A stretch of 64,000 bases of DNA from Salinivirgaceae bacterium (GCA_017645945.1 JAGCNL010000053.1:7816-71815); one strand, 5' to 3'; positions 1 to 7,824 are shown, numbered from the stretch's first letter. Numbers and translations are program-made. Notes: generated from the sequence alone by a model not told the origin.

Positions 1-894
1 ATAGTTGAAATAACAAGCTTTGTCATAATTCTTACCATTTTCAATTAATTGTGGGGTAAATTGACATCCATCAATCAAATAGTAATGACCTCCATTTCTA
101 CGTTGAAAGGCTATAGGTATTATATCATTACATAGCGATTGGTAAATCAATCTTGCAGCTTCCTCATTAGAAGGTGAATCTAAAGGTTCTCTAAATTCTT
201 TAAAACCGAGGTTTTCTGCTGCTTGCTTTACAAAAATAGGAAGAACGGCTGTTCCTTTTTCTGTAAAAACAGAAACTGGAATAGCTTTACAGATTTTTTC
301 CATTATTTCTCTTACAATTGTAACATCAGTATTAATTAGTGGTTCGTAATCCTCCGTTTCTTTATTTTTCCTGCAGAATCTTCCAAAGTATTTACTATTT
401 TGATTAGTTTCAACATTATAATATTTATATAACCTGTTTAATGTTGGAAATCCTTTTTTTACAGAAGGAACATCCTTGTAATAGTACAATAATTGTAAGA
501 AAGCTATGGATAAACAACCTGCAGGCCTGTTCCCGTTCCATTCATCGATTGCAACTGGTGCTGATTCCTTCTTTTTTTTCCAAAATGATGTTATATATTT
601 CATTGTGGAGTTAATAACTTTAATTGGACTTACTCCACCCATCATAACATTAAAAGCACCATCTATATACTCTATAATATTATCATCTACATTTAGAAAG
701 TCTTCTGCAATAGAAGCTGGAGGAACGATTTGAGCGACAATAGATTGGATAGCCTCTTTTCTGTCATCAATATAACTATTGAAAGGCCAGGCTTGATGAT
801 AAAACGTTTCTGTACGATTTGTACAAGACCTGCCGTCACTTGGAATTTCATCCCAAGTTCTTTCTGCTTCTTTCGTAATAGGTATTACAGCCAT
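1..894 (-). CDS. papain-fold (clan CA, C10/C39-like) cysteine peptidase domain protein; 3' end runs off the window
   Basis: Absent from the ORF track because it has no stop in the window. Manual triplet check shows the minus frame is open from ATG (892-894) to nt 1, 298 codons. Translation starts MAVIPITKEAERTWDE. It contains WNGNRPAGCLSIAFLQLLYYY (Cys codon 505-507) and NGGHYYLIDGCQ (His codon 85-87), resembling the catalytic Cys and His blocks of streptopain/C39-type peptidases. No signal peptide. AT-rich. Confidence 0.55.
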   Translation of the reverse strand, partial: MAVIPITKEAERTWDEIPSDGRSCTNRTETFYHQAWPFNSYIDDRKEAIQSIVAQIVPPASIAEDFLNVDDNIIEYIDGAFNVMMGGVSPIKVINSTMKYITSFWKKKKESAPVAIDEWNGNRPAGCLSIAFLQLLYYYKDVPSVKKGFPTLNRLYKYYNVETNQNSKYFGRFCRKNKETEDYEPLINTDVTIVREIMEKICKAIPVSVFTEKGTAVLPIFVKQAAENLGFKEFREPLDSPSNEEAARLIYQSLCNDIIPIAFQRRNGGHYYLIDGCQFTPQLIENGKNYDKACYFNY

Positions 895-936
895 AGTTTA
901 TTTAATTAATATGTAAAACTTTTATAGTGTTGGGTG

Positions 937-1386
937 TCATTTATGTTTCTTATTTAGTTTGTAGTGCTCTGAAAAGCCAGAATAACTTACAGCAATACTA
1001 TCGCAATCAGACACTTTAATTGTTTCATATTCTAAGCGAGTATAAAAGGCGTAGTGTAGATCATTATTGACTAATAAAAGATGACGCAAATGCTCTGAAA
1101 GTGCCGAATCAATAAATGCAGATAGAACCCAATCACCAATATGTTTTTGATTTAATAGGTATTCTTTTGAAAAATAAAAGGTATCTGATGTGAAATTTGG
1201 TCTATATGCATCAATATCTAACTCAAAAATAGAAGAATCGTACAGTGTATCAATTGGATGATTTTTCTTAATTAATATTATTGTATTATTATATTGATAA
1301 TAACCTTTATCTGGATTATACCACCCACAAGCAGTAAATACTGCGATTATTGACATTATTACCAATGGTAAAATTATTCTTTTCAT
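937..1386 (-). CDS. small lipoprotein, unknown function (possible cognate inhibitor of the downstream peptidase)
   Basis: 149 aa ORF. N-terminus MKRIILPLVIMSIIAVFTAC is a lipoprotein signal with a lipobox Cys. Lies 42 nt upstream of the peptidase gene on the same strand. AT-rich like its neighbour. Confidence 0.6.
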   Translation of the reverse strand: MKRIILPLVIMSIIAVFTACGWYNPDKGYYQYNNTIILIKKNHPIDTLYDSSIFELDIDAYRPNFTSDTFYFSKEYLLNQKHIGDWVLSAFIDSALSEHLRHLLLVNNDLHYAFYTRLEYETIKVSDCDSIAVSYSGFSEHYKLNKKHK

Positions 1387-1466
1387 TTTTTAGATTTTAT
1401 TGTAATAATCACAAATTTTTTGTTTTCTAACCCCGTTAAACCCGTTAAACTTAAAACTTTACCCTC

Positions 1467-2753
1467 TCAACCTTCTAAACTTTTCAGCCTCACCGTCACG
1501 GCATTCTTGTGTCCGTCGAGCATTTCGGCGGCGGCCATTGTCTCAATCACGGGGCCCAAATGTCGGATTCCGTCGGCTGTAAGTTGCTGAAACGTAATCT
1601 TTTTCATAAAGCTGTCGATATTCACGCCGCTGTAGGCGCGGGCATAGCCGTTGGTGGGCAGCGTATGGTTGGTGCCCGACGCGTAGTCGCCAGCGCTCTC
1701 GCACGAGTAGTAGCCCATAAACACCGAGCCCGCCTGACGCACGCGCAGCGCCCAGTCGTCGGGGTTGCTCACCGACAGAATAAGGTGCTCGGGGGCGTAT
1801 GCGTTCACAAAATCCATTGCCGTGTCAATATCGTTGAAGCAGACAAACCGCGAGTTGGCCAGCGCCTTCTGCGCGAACTCACGGCGTGGCAGTTCGTCGA
1901 GTTGGCGCTGCGTCTCCTGCCAAACGTCCTCAATCTTGTGCTGCGAGAGCGACACCAGAACCACCTGACTGTCAGGGCCGTGCTCGGCTTGCGAGAGCAG
2001 GTCGGCGGCAGCGAACTGCACAGGCGTTTGGTCGTCCACCACCACCAGCACCTCCGACGGGCCAGCAGGCATATCAATAGCCACACCCATTGACGAAACG
2101 AGTTGCTTGGCGCACGTAACATATTGGTTGCCAGGACCGAAAATCTTGTCAACCTGCGGAATGGTCTCCGTGCCGAACGCCATAGCCGCAATGGCCTGCG
2201 AGCCGCCCACCTTGAACACCCGCCGAACGCCCGTCAGCCTTGCGGCGAACAGAATGGCGGGGTTGATTTTGCCCTCCTTGTTGGGCGGCGTGCAGAGCAC
2301 CACCTCGCCGCAGCCAGCAATCTGCGCGGGAATGGCCAGCATAAGAACCGTCGAGAAGAGTGGGGCCGAACCGCCAGGAACATAAAGCCCGATGCGGTTT
2401 ATCGGCGTTGCCTTCTGCCAGCAGCGCACCCCTTCGGCGGTCTCCACTTCAACCTGCTTGGGCATTTGCGCCTGATGGAATTTGGCAATGTTATCTTTCG
2501 CCGTGCGGATGGCATTTTTCAGATTATCAGACAGTTTGGCCTCGGCCTCGTTGAATTCCTGCTCGCTAGTGAGCCAACTTTCAGGCACCACCTTGTCGAA
2601 TTTCAGCGTCAGTTCGCGCAGAGCCTCGTCGCCGCGCTCGCGCACCTGCGTCAGCACGTCGTTCACCATTGGCGCCAGGCTCTGACGGTCAATCAGCGGC
2701 CGCGCCACAATATCTTTCCAGGCAATTCTTTCGGGGTTGATTATAATGTTCAT
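1467..2753 (-). CDS. hisD: histidinol dehydrogenase
   Basis: 428 aa ORF with typical HisD length and sequence (QAEHGPDSQ, GDYASGTNHTLPT). Directly downstream of hisG. Confidence 0.95.
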   Translation of the reverse strand: MNIIINPERIAWKDIVARPLIDRQSLAPMVNDVLTQVRERGDEALRELTLKFDKVVPESWLTSEQEFNEAEAKLSDNLKNAIRTAKDNIAKFHQAQMPKQVEVETAEGVRCWQKATPINRIGLYVPGGSAPLFSTVLMLAIPAQIAGCGEVVLCTPPNKEGKINPAILFAARLTGVRRVFKVGGSQAIAAMAFGTETIPQVDKIFGPGNQYVTCAKQLVSSMGVAIDMPAGPSEVLVVVDDQTPVQFAAADLLSQAEHGPDSQVVLVSLSQHKIEDVWQETQRQLDELPRREFAQKALANSRFVCFNDIDTAMDFVNAYAPEHLILSVSNPDDWALRVRQAGSVFMGYYSCESAGDYASGTNHTLPTNGYARAYSGVNIDSFMKKITFQQLTADGIRHLGPVIETMAAAEMLDGHKNAVTVRLKSLEG

Positions 2754-2763
2754 TGTTTTGAAT

Positions 2764-2910
2764 GTTTAGAGTTTAGGGGGAAGTGTTTAGAGTTTAGATA
2801 GTTGCAGCGCTGCGGTAGAGACGTAGCGCGCTACGTCTGTACAGTTTGCATTCGTTCGTAATTCGCAATTCATAATTCAAAAATCTCAACCCTTACCTCT
2901 TACCCCTTAC
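2764..2910. repeat. heptad-periodic word array in the hisG-hisD spacer (21 heptad slots in one register), with two GC palindromes in the middle
   Basis: Split from 2764: gtttaga gtttagg gggaagt gtttaga gtttaga ... ttcgtaa ttcgcaa ttcataa ttcaaaa atctcaa cccttac ctcttac cccttac. The left and right word blocks share the same 7-nt register (2855-2764=91=13x7). Embedded palindromes: GCAGCGCTGC (2804-2813) and AGACGTAGCGCGCTACGTCT (2819-2838). Confidence 0.8.
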
Positions 2911-2912
2911 CG

Positions 2913-3764
2913 TTAATAAATCATTTTCTCAATCGGCATTACCAGAATGCCTTCAGCGCCAAGGTTTTTCAGTTTGCCGATGATTTCCCAGAAGTGTTTC
3001 TCCTCAATCACCGAAGCCATTGACGACCAGCCGTCGGTCTCCAGTTTGGTGATGGTGGGGGCCTTCATACCAGGCAGCAGTTCGCTTGCGGCGGCAATCT
3101 TGTCGTTCGGGATGTTCAGCACGATGTATTTCTTGCCTTCGGCGTTCTTGTACGAGTCGAAGCGGAACAGCAGTTCGTTCAGAATCTCGCGCTTGTCGGC
3201 TGCAAGTTTCTTGTTTCCAATCAGAACGGCTTCCGATTTCATCACCACTTCAACCTCTTTCAGGTTGTTGCTCACCAGCGTGCTTCCCGAGCTTACAATG
3301 TCGAAAATGCTGTCGGCCAAGCCGATACCAGGTGCTATCTCAACTGAACCTGTAATCACATGGATTTCGGCCTTGATTCCGTTCTTGTCGAGGAAACGCT
3401 TCAGGATTCCCGGATACGAAGTGGCAATCTTCTTGCCGTTGAACCACTCAAGTCCCTTGTAGTCAATCTCTTTAGGGATGGCCAGCGACAGACGGCACTT
3501 GCTGAAGTCCAAGCGCTTGATAATCTCCGCGTCTTCCTGACGCTCTTCATACTCGTTCTCGCCAACAATGCCCACGTCGGCAATGCCGCTAGCCACGGCC
3601 TGCGGAATATCGTCGTCGCGCAGATAAAGAATCTCAACGGGGAAGTTCTTTGCGGGCACCAGCAGGGTGCGCTTTCCCGATTCCACCTTAATGCTCGACT
3701 CCGCAAGCATTGTCATTGTCTCGTCAAACAATCGGCCTTTGGCCTGTACTGCAATTCTTAACAT
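2913..3764 (-). CDS. hisG: ATP phosphoribosyltransferase
   Basis: The track ORF (2913..4169) is over-extended. The recognisable HisG sequence starts at MLRIAVQAKGRLFDETMTML (ATG at 3762-3764), giving 283 aa. The upstream part of the ORF covers the his leader region. Confidence 0.9.
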   Translation of the reverse strand: MLRIAVQAKGRLFDETMTMLAESSIKVESGKRTLLVPAKNFPVEILYLRDDDIPQAVASGIADVGIVGENEYEERQEDAEIIKRLDFSKCRLSLAIPKEIDYKGLEWFNGKKIATSYPGILKRFLDKNGIKAEIHVITGSVEIAPGIGLADSIFDIVSSGSTLVSNNLKEVEVVMKSEAVLIGNKKLAADKREILNELLFRFDSYKNAEGKKYIVLNIPNDKIAAASELLPGMKAPTITKLETDGWSSMASVIEEKHFWEIIGKLKNLGAEGILVMPIEKMIY

Positions 3765-3789
3765 ATTTTTATTCGTTTTAATAATTCCT

Positions 3790-3822
3790 AAACAAGAAAG
3801 GCTCGCATTGCTGCAAGCCTTT
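3790..3822 (-). terminator. his attenuator terminator hairpin
   Basis: Minus strand AAAGGCTTGC-AGCAAT-GCGAGCCTTT is a 10-bp stem including one G-U pair, followed by CTTGTTT. Located between the His-codon leader ORF and the hisG start. Confidence 0.6.
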
Positions 3823-3858
3823 GTATCATTTACATAGAACCAACCAGTCAATGCTCTG

Positions 3859-3903
3859 TTAGATTGAACCAAAGTAATGATGGTGGTGATGATGCTGTAA
3901 CAT
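3859..3903 (-). promoter_or_regulatory. his operon leader peptide ORF (MLQHHHHHHYFGSI) with six consecutive His codons
   Basis: Minus strand reads atg tta cag cat cat cac cac cat cat tac ttt ggt tca atc taa. 15 codons, about 95 nt upstream of the hisG ATG, followed by the hairpin at 3797-3822. Confidence 0.75.
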
Positions 3904-3926
3904 TTTCGTCTTAAATTTTTGTGCCA

Positions 3927-3934
3927 CAAAGGTA
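3927..3934 (-). promoter_or_regulatory. candidate Bacteroides -7 box (TACCTTTG) for the his leader/operon
   Basis: Minus-strand TACCTTTG matches the TAnnTTTG consensus, 24 nt upstream of the leader ATG. Confidence 0.45.
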
Positions 3935-4023
3935 AGTGCAGTTTTTTAATACGCAATAGCATATTGAAAAAAATCAAAAAAGAGCCGAGATGGCGAAAAT
4001 AGGCACACAACCAATCGATTTTA

Positions 4024-7005
4024 TTGCTACTTTTCAAAGTTCGTTCCCGAAACACTTTTGTTATGGATATGATTAACGACCACGAGGCTTTTGATTTGTT
4101 TTTCAAGAACAGCAACGATTTGATGCTTGTCTTGGACTCCGACTGCCATATCCTGAAAATCAACCCCACGTGTGTGAAAATCTTTGGTTATCAGCCCGAA
4201 GAGCTTATCGGGCGGCACATCATGGAGCTTGTGCACACTGATGATAAGGAGCGTGGCGAGCAGCAGATTAAGGAGATTTATAAGACAGAGGGCGTCAATT
4301 TTCCGTTCAAAAACAAGGCTTTGCACAAAGATGGCAGCACGCGCTGGCTCAGCTGGTCGTCGTGCGTCCTGGGCGGCATTTTGTATGCCACGGGTACCGA
4401 TGTGACAAGGCAGGAGGAGAGTCTGCGCAACATTGAGTACATCCGCCGCCGCTATATGAAACGCAGCGACTCGGGCATCGGCCTTTGGGAGGTCAATCTC
4501 GAAACCCGCGAATTCTCTGGCGATGAGCATGTTTATGAGATTTTCGGTTTGCCTTACCAAAGCAGCCAGACATTGCGCACGCTTGAGTTCGTGCTAACGC
4601 CCGAGGGCCGCGAGGTGGTCGTCTCGCACCTTAATAAGGTTATCTGCTCCAACATCTTCGAGAATTTCGACTGCGAGATTATCCGTCAGACCGACAAGCA
4701 GAAACGCACCATCAGTGTGACGGGAAACTTCATTTTCGACAAGGATTTCAGCGTCAAGTCGTTCTTTGGCACCATGCAGGACATCACTGAGCAGACGGAG
4801 ATTAAGCGCCAGTACGATGAGCTTTCAAAGCTTCAGCACACCATTCTCGATGCCATCGACTGCGGCGTGCTGCTGGTCAACAAGGGGCGTATCCAGTGGT
4901 TCAACAAGAAGGAGGCTTTCGGCTACACCGAAGATGATATGCGCGAACAGCGTTACGAGTTTGTTGATGTGTTCAAAGACCCCGCAATGGTTGCCAAACT
5001 GCGAGGCGACGGCTACAATCTGATGCGCATCGGCGTGACATATTCAACTGAGTTTGAGGTATATAAGAAAGACCGCACGCTGGCGTGGGTTCACGTCACG
5101 GGCAAAATGCTGTCCGACGAGAGCGTTGTCTGGACCATCACCGACATCACCGCGCAGAAGCAGGCGTCGCTGTCAATCGCCAAGAGCCACGCCCTGCTCA
5201 AGGACACCCAAAGAGCCGCCCATATTGGCAGCTGGGAGACCATCGGCAATGGCAAGTCAATCAAGCTTGACGATGTGGCCTGCCGCATTTTCGACATCAA
5301 GCGGAGCAACCACACCATGACGGTCAGCAGTCTCATGCGGCTGCTCGACCAGAAAGGGCGCGACAGTCTGCGGGCAAGCGTCAAATCGAACATTATCAAG
5401 GACGATACATTCATCAATTTCAACTGCCACATAACCACGCAGGCAGGTAACACACGGCACATATTTGTTACGGGCGACAACCTTAACTGGGGCACGGAGT
5501 CGGGGCGTATTGTCGGCATTGTTCAGGATGTTACGCGCATGGAGCAGCTTGAGCAGGAGCTGGAGGAGAAGCGAACCCGCATTGATGCCATCTATGCCAC
5601 CTCGCCAACAGCCATCGGTCTGATTCACGGTTACGACATTTTCGACTGCAACAAGGAGTTCTACAGAATTACAGGCTATCAGGCCGATGAGTTGAAGGAC
5701 AAAGGTCTGCTGAGGCTGATGTCGCCGAGCGAAATCGACCGTCTGAACCGCAAGGGCTTGCAGTCGAACGACAATGTGACTGTTCACTCGTTCGAGACCG
5801 TTTTTCTGCGCAAGACAGGCCGCAAAGTCAACGTGCTGCTGAATTTCTCAATCTTCGGACAGACCGACGGCAGCCCTCGAAGCAGCATTATATCCGTCAC
5901 CGACATCACAGCGCTCAAGATTGCCCAACAAACTAACTTTCAGCTTATTGAGTCAATCAACCAGTCGCAGAACGAGTTTATCATCTACGACAGCAACTGG
6001 ATTGCCGTCTATGCCAACGACAAGGTGTTTATGGCGCATAACTATGAATCAAAAGACATTATCGGCCAGCGTATCCGAGAATTTGATTTAGATAACAAGC
6101 AGCAAAACATTCTGTATCAAAAGCTTATGGAAACTGGCAGTGTCAACGGCGAATTCCAGGTGCGTAACGGCAACATGATAATATGGTATTCGGTCCGCAT
6201 ATCGCCAATCTACGACAAGAACAAGGTGATTACGGGTTATGTGTCAGTGAAAGAGGACATTACAACCCGTAAGAACATTGAGATGGAGCTGATGAAGGCA
6301 CTGAGCAAGGCCGAGCAGTCGGACCGCATGAAGGAGACGCTGCTGCAAAACCTGTCGCATGAGATACGCACGCCGCTCAACGCCATTTCGGGCTTTGCCG
6401 AAATCATCAGCGAGAGCTCTGGCCTGCCTGACGACACATTGAAATCATACACAAATATTATAAGCAACAGTTGCAACCAGCTCATGGGCATTGTGTCTGA
6501 CATGCTTGTGATGTCTGATATCCAGCTTGGGCGCACATCGGTTGCCGTCACACGCATCGTTCCTGACGAGATTCTCCGCAGGCTGCACCGAATCTTCCTT
6601 CAGCAGGCTCAGGCCAAAAACATCACGCTGGAATATGTCGAGCCAGCTGACAGCAGCGTGGTCATCTACACCGATGAGACCAAGCTTGTGCAGATTGTTT
6701 CGAATTTGCTCACAAACGCCATAAAATTCACTGATAAGGGAGGAGTGTGGTTCGGCTATTCAGCCAACGACAAGCAAATCGAATTTTACGTCAGAGACAC
6801 GGGAATCGGCATTTCGCAGGAGGACATGCGCCAGATTTTCGACCGCTTCTTCCAAGTCACCTCCAACAAGGCCAGCAGCTACGGCACTGGACTCGGACTT
6901 GCCATCTCGCAGTCGTTTGCCAAGATGCTTCACGGCGAGCTTAATGTGGAGTCGGAGCTTGGAAAGGGCACTGTTTTCCATCTGATAATCCCTATAAAAG
7001 TCTAA
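4024..7005 (+). CDS. multi-PAS sensor histidine kinase
   Basis: 993 aa ORF with several PAS-like repeats. H-box LSHEIRTPLNAISGF and ATPase motifs (DTGIGI, GTGLGLAI). The true start may be the internal Met at 4063 (MDMINDHEAF). Confidence 0.85.
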   Translation: MLLFKVRSRNTFVMDMINDHEAFDLFFKNSNDLMLVLDSDCHILKINPTCVKIFGYQPEELIGRHIMELVHTDDKERGEQQIKEIYKTEGVNFPFKNKALHKDGSTRWLSWSSCVLGGILYATGTDVTRQEESLRNIEYIRRRYMKRSDSGIGLWEVNLETREFSGDEHVYEIFGLPYQSSQTLRTLEFVLTPEGREVVVSHLNKVICSNIFENFDCEIIRQTDKQKRTISVTGNFIFDKDFSVKSFFGTMQDITEQTEIKRQYDELSKLQHTILDAIDCGVLLVNKGRIQWFNKKEAFGYTEDDMREQRYEFVDVFKDPAMVAKLRGDGYNLMRIGVTYSTEFEVYKKDRTLAWVHVTGKMLSDESVVWTITDITAQKQASLSIAKSHALLKDTQRAAHIGSWETIGNGKSIKLDDVACRIFDIKRSNHTMTVSSLMRLLDQKGRDSLRASVKSNIIKDDTFINFNCHITTQAGNTRHIFVTGDNLNWGTESGRIVGIVQDVTRMEQLEQELEEKRTRIDAIYATSPTAIGLIHGYDIFDCNKEFYRITGYQADELKDKGLLRLMSPSEIDRLNRKGLQSNDNVTVHSFETVFLRKTGRKVNVLLNFSIFGQTDGSPRSSIISVTDITALKIAQQTNFQLIESINQSQNEFIIYDSNWIAVYANDKVFMAHNYESKDIIGQRIREFDLDNKQQNILYQKLMETGSVNGEFQVRNGNMIIWYSVRISPIYDKNKVITGYVSVKEDITTRKNIEMELMKALSKAEQSDRMKETLLQNLSHEIRTPLNAISGFAEIISESSGLPDDTLKSYTNIISNSCNQLMGIVSDMLVMSDIQLGRTSVAVTRIVPDEILRRLHRIFLQQAQAKNITLEYVEPADSSVVIYTDETKLVQIVSNLLTNAIKFTDKGGVWFGYSANDKQIEFYVRDTGIGISQEDMRQIFDRFFQVTSNKASSYGTGLGLAISQSFAKMLHGELNVESELGKGTVFHLIIPIKV

Positions 7006-7082
7006 TTTTAAGCGATATAATTGTCGGAACAGATATTTTTAGAATCAATTCGATTTTCTGTTTGCAATAATTAAAAAATATT

Positions 7083-7090
7083 TACTTTTG
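7083..7090 (+). promoter_or_regulatory. candidate -7 box (TACTTTTG) for the tRNA-Leu pair
   Basis: Matches TAnnTTTG, 14 nt upstream of the tRNA 5' end. Confidence 0.45.
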
Positions 7091-7103
7091 CACCCGCTTG
7101 AAA

Positions 7104-7187
7104 GCCTAAGTGGCGGAATTGGTAGACGCGCTAGTTTCAGGGACTAGTGTTAGCAATAACGTGCAGGTTCGAGTCCTGTCTTAGGCA
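7104..7187 (+). tRNA. tRNA-Leu (anticodon CAG)
   Basis: Acceptor GCCTAAG/CTTAGGC. D-arm GTGGCGGAATTGGTAGACGC as in bacterial tRNA-Leu. Anticodon stem CTAGT/ACTAG with loop TTCAGGG. Long variable arm. T-arm GGTTCGAGTCC. Confidence 0.9.
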
Positions 7188-7210
7188 CTACAAAAAGTTC
7201 TTTATTTAAT

Positions 7211-7297
7211 GCCCAGATGGTGAAATTGGTAGACACGCTACTTTGAGGGGGTAGTGGCCGTTAGGCTGTGCAAGTTCGAGTCTTGTTCTGGGCACCA
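7211..7297 (+). tRNA. tRNA-Leu (anticodon GAG), CCA encoded
   Basis: Acceptor GCCCAGA/TCTGGGC. Anticodon stem CTACT/GGTAG (one G-U pair) with loop TTGAGGG. Long variable arm. T-arm AGTTCGAGTCT. Ends ACCA. Confidence 0.9.
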
Positions 7298-7300
7298 GAA

Positions 7301-7328
7301 GCTTCTGCAATGCAGAGGCTTTTTTTTT
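7301..7328 (+). terminator. intrinsic terminator after the tRNA-Leu pair
   Basis: GCTTCTG-CAATG-CAGAGGC hairpin followed by T9. Confidence 0.75.
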
Positions 7329-7380
7329 GCCCGATTTTGAGCGTTTACGGCGCTGTCGCGATGGTTGCGGGGGAACAACG

Positions 7381-7486
7381 AAAAAACGGCTCCGATGGGG
7401 AGTCGGGAGCCGTTTCTGATTGTTGCGGACGGGGAGTCCGCGTAAGCAACTAAAAACTATTATGAAGAAACATGTCTTTATCAGAC
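7381..7486 (-). ncRNA. candidate small RNA, copy 1 (two CUCCCC loops; paralog at 54268-54378)
   Basis: On the minus strand it is preceded by TACATTTG. It contains hairpin GCGGAC-UCCCC-GUCCGC (7425-7441) and terminator AACGGCUCC(C)GA-CUCCCCA-UCGGAGCCGUU plus U6 (7381-7414). About 80% identical by eye to the second copy. The boundaries are inferred. Confidence 0.6.
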
Positions 7487-7490
7487 GATG

Positions 7491-7498
7491 CAAATGTA
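7491..7498 (-). promoter_or_regulatory. -7 box TACATTTG of sRNA copy 1
   Basis: Minus-strand TACATTTG matches TAnnTTTG and is conserved in copy 2. Confidence 0.55.
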
Positions 7499-7520
7499 GG
7501 TGAGCAAATCGTTCGTGCTG

Positions 7521-7557
7521 GTTAAGAACAGGTTAAAAAGAGTTAATGAAAAGTTAA
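7521..7557 (-). promoter_or_regulatory. four phased TTAAC boxes upstream of sRNA copy 1 (candidate response-regulator site)
   Basis: GTTAA on the plus strand at 7521, 7532, 7542 and 7553 (spacing 11, 10, 11). Same arrangement and spacing in copy 2. Confidence 0.5.
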
Positions 7558-7679
7558 ACAGTCAGGAGTGTGCTGCGGAATGGTGGTTTTCTCCGCCAGT
7601 TCCGAAAGGTCGGCATACACATATTTTTAAGCAAAAAACGTAAAAAGCCGCAACGGTAGGAAAACTGCCCCATAATTGC

Positions 7680-7687
7680 TATCTTTG
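7680..7687 (+). promoter_or_regulatory. candidate -7 box (TATCTTTG) for the acnA-icd-citrate synthase operon
   Basis: Matches TAnnTTTG. Implies a 5' UTR of about 130 nt before the ATG at 7825. Confidence 0.4.
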
Positions 7688-7824
7688 CGATTTAAAAGCG
7701 GTGTCCGCACATTTATGCGGAAATGATGCATAAATATTTGGGCACCAGATTTTGAAAGGTTGTTTAAAACGTTGATTTTCAATAATCGGGGAGAGGCGTC
7801 TTCCCAAAAAACACATATAGAATA

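Noticed and set aside
506-733. 75-aa plus-strand ORF
   Set aside because: It is antisense to the open 298-codon peptidase-like frame that carries recognisable catalytic blocks.
1509-2801. Multiple long plus-strand ORFs (1509-2093, 2103-2801 and others) overlapping hisD
   Set aside because: They lie antisense or out of frame to a clearly recognisable hisD. Their products are Arg/Ala/Gly/His-rich low-complexity sequence, as expected for spurious ORFs in GC-rich coding DNA.
3765-4169. N-terminal 135-codon extension of the hisG ORF in the track
   Set aside because: HisG homology begins at MLRIAVQAKG (3764). The extension is read through the his leader, attenuator and promoter region and overlaps the divergent kinase start.
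7104-7297. tRNA genes (two tRNA-Leu here, tRNA-Arg at 46708-46781) as integration sites of a mobile element
   Set aside because: No integrase, no duplicated tRNA 3' end and no compositional shift were seen next to any of the three tRNAs.
7206-7493. 95-aa minus-strand ORF
   Set aside because: It overlaps tRNA-Leu(GAG), its terminator and the candidate sRNA. The product is low-complexity and basic.
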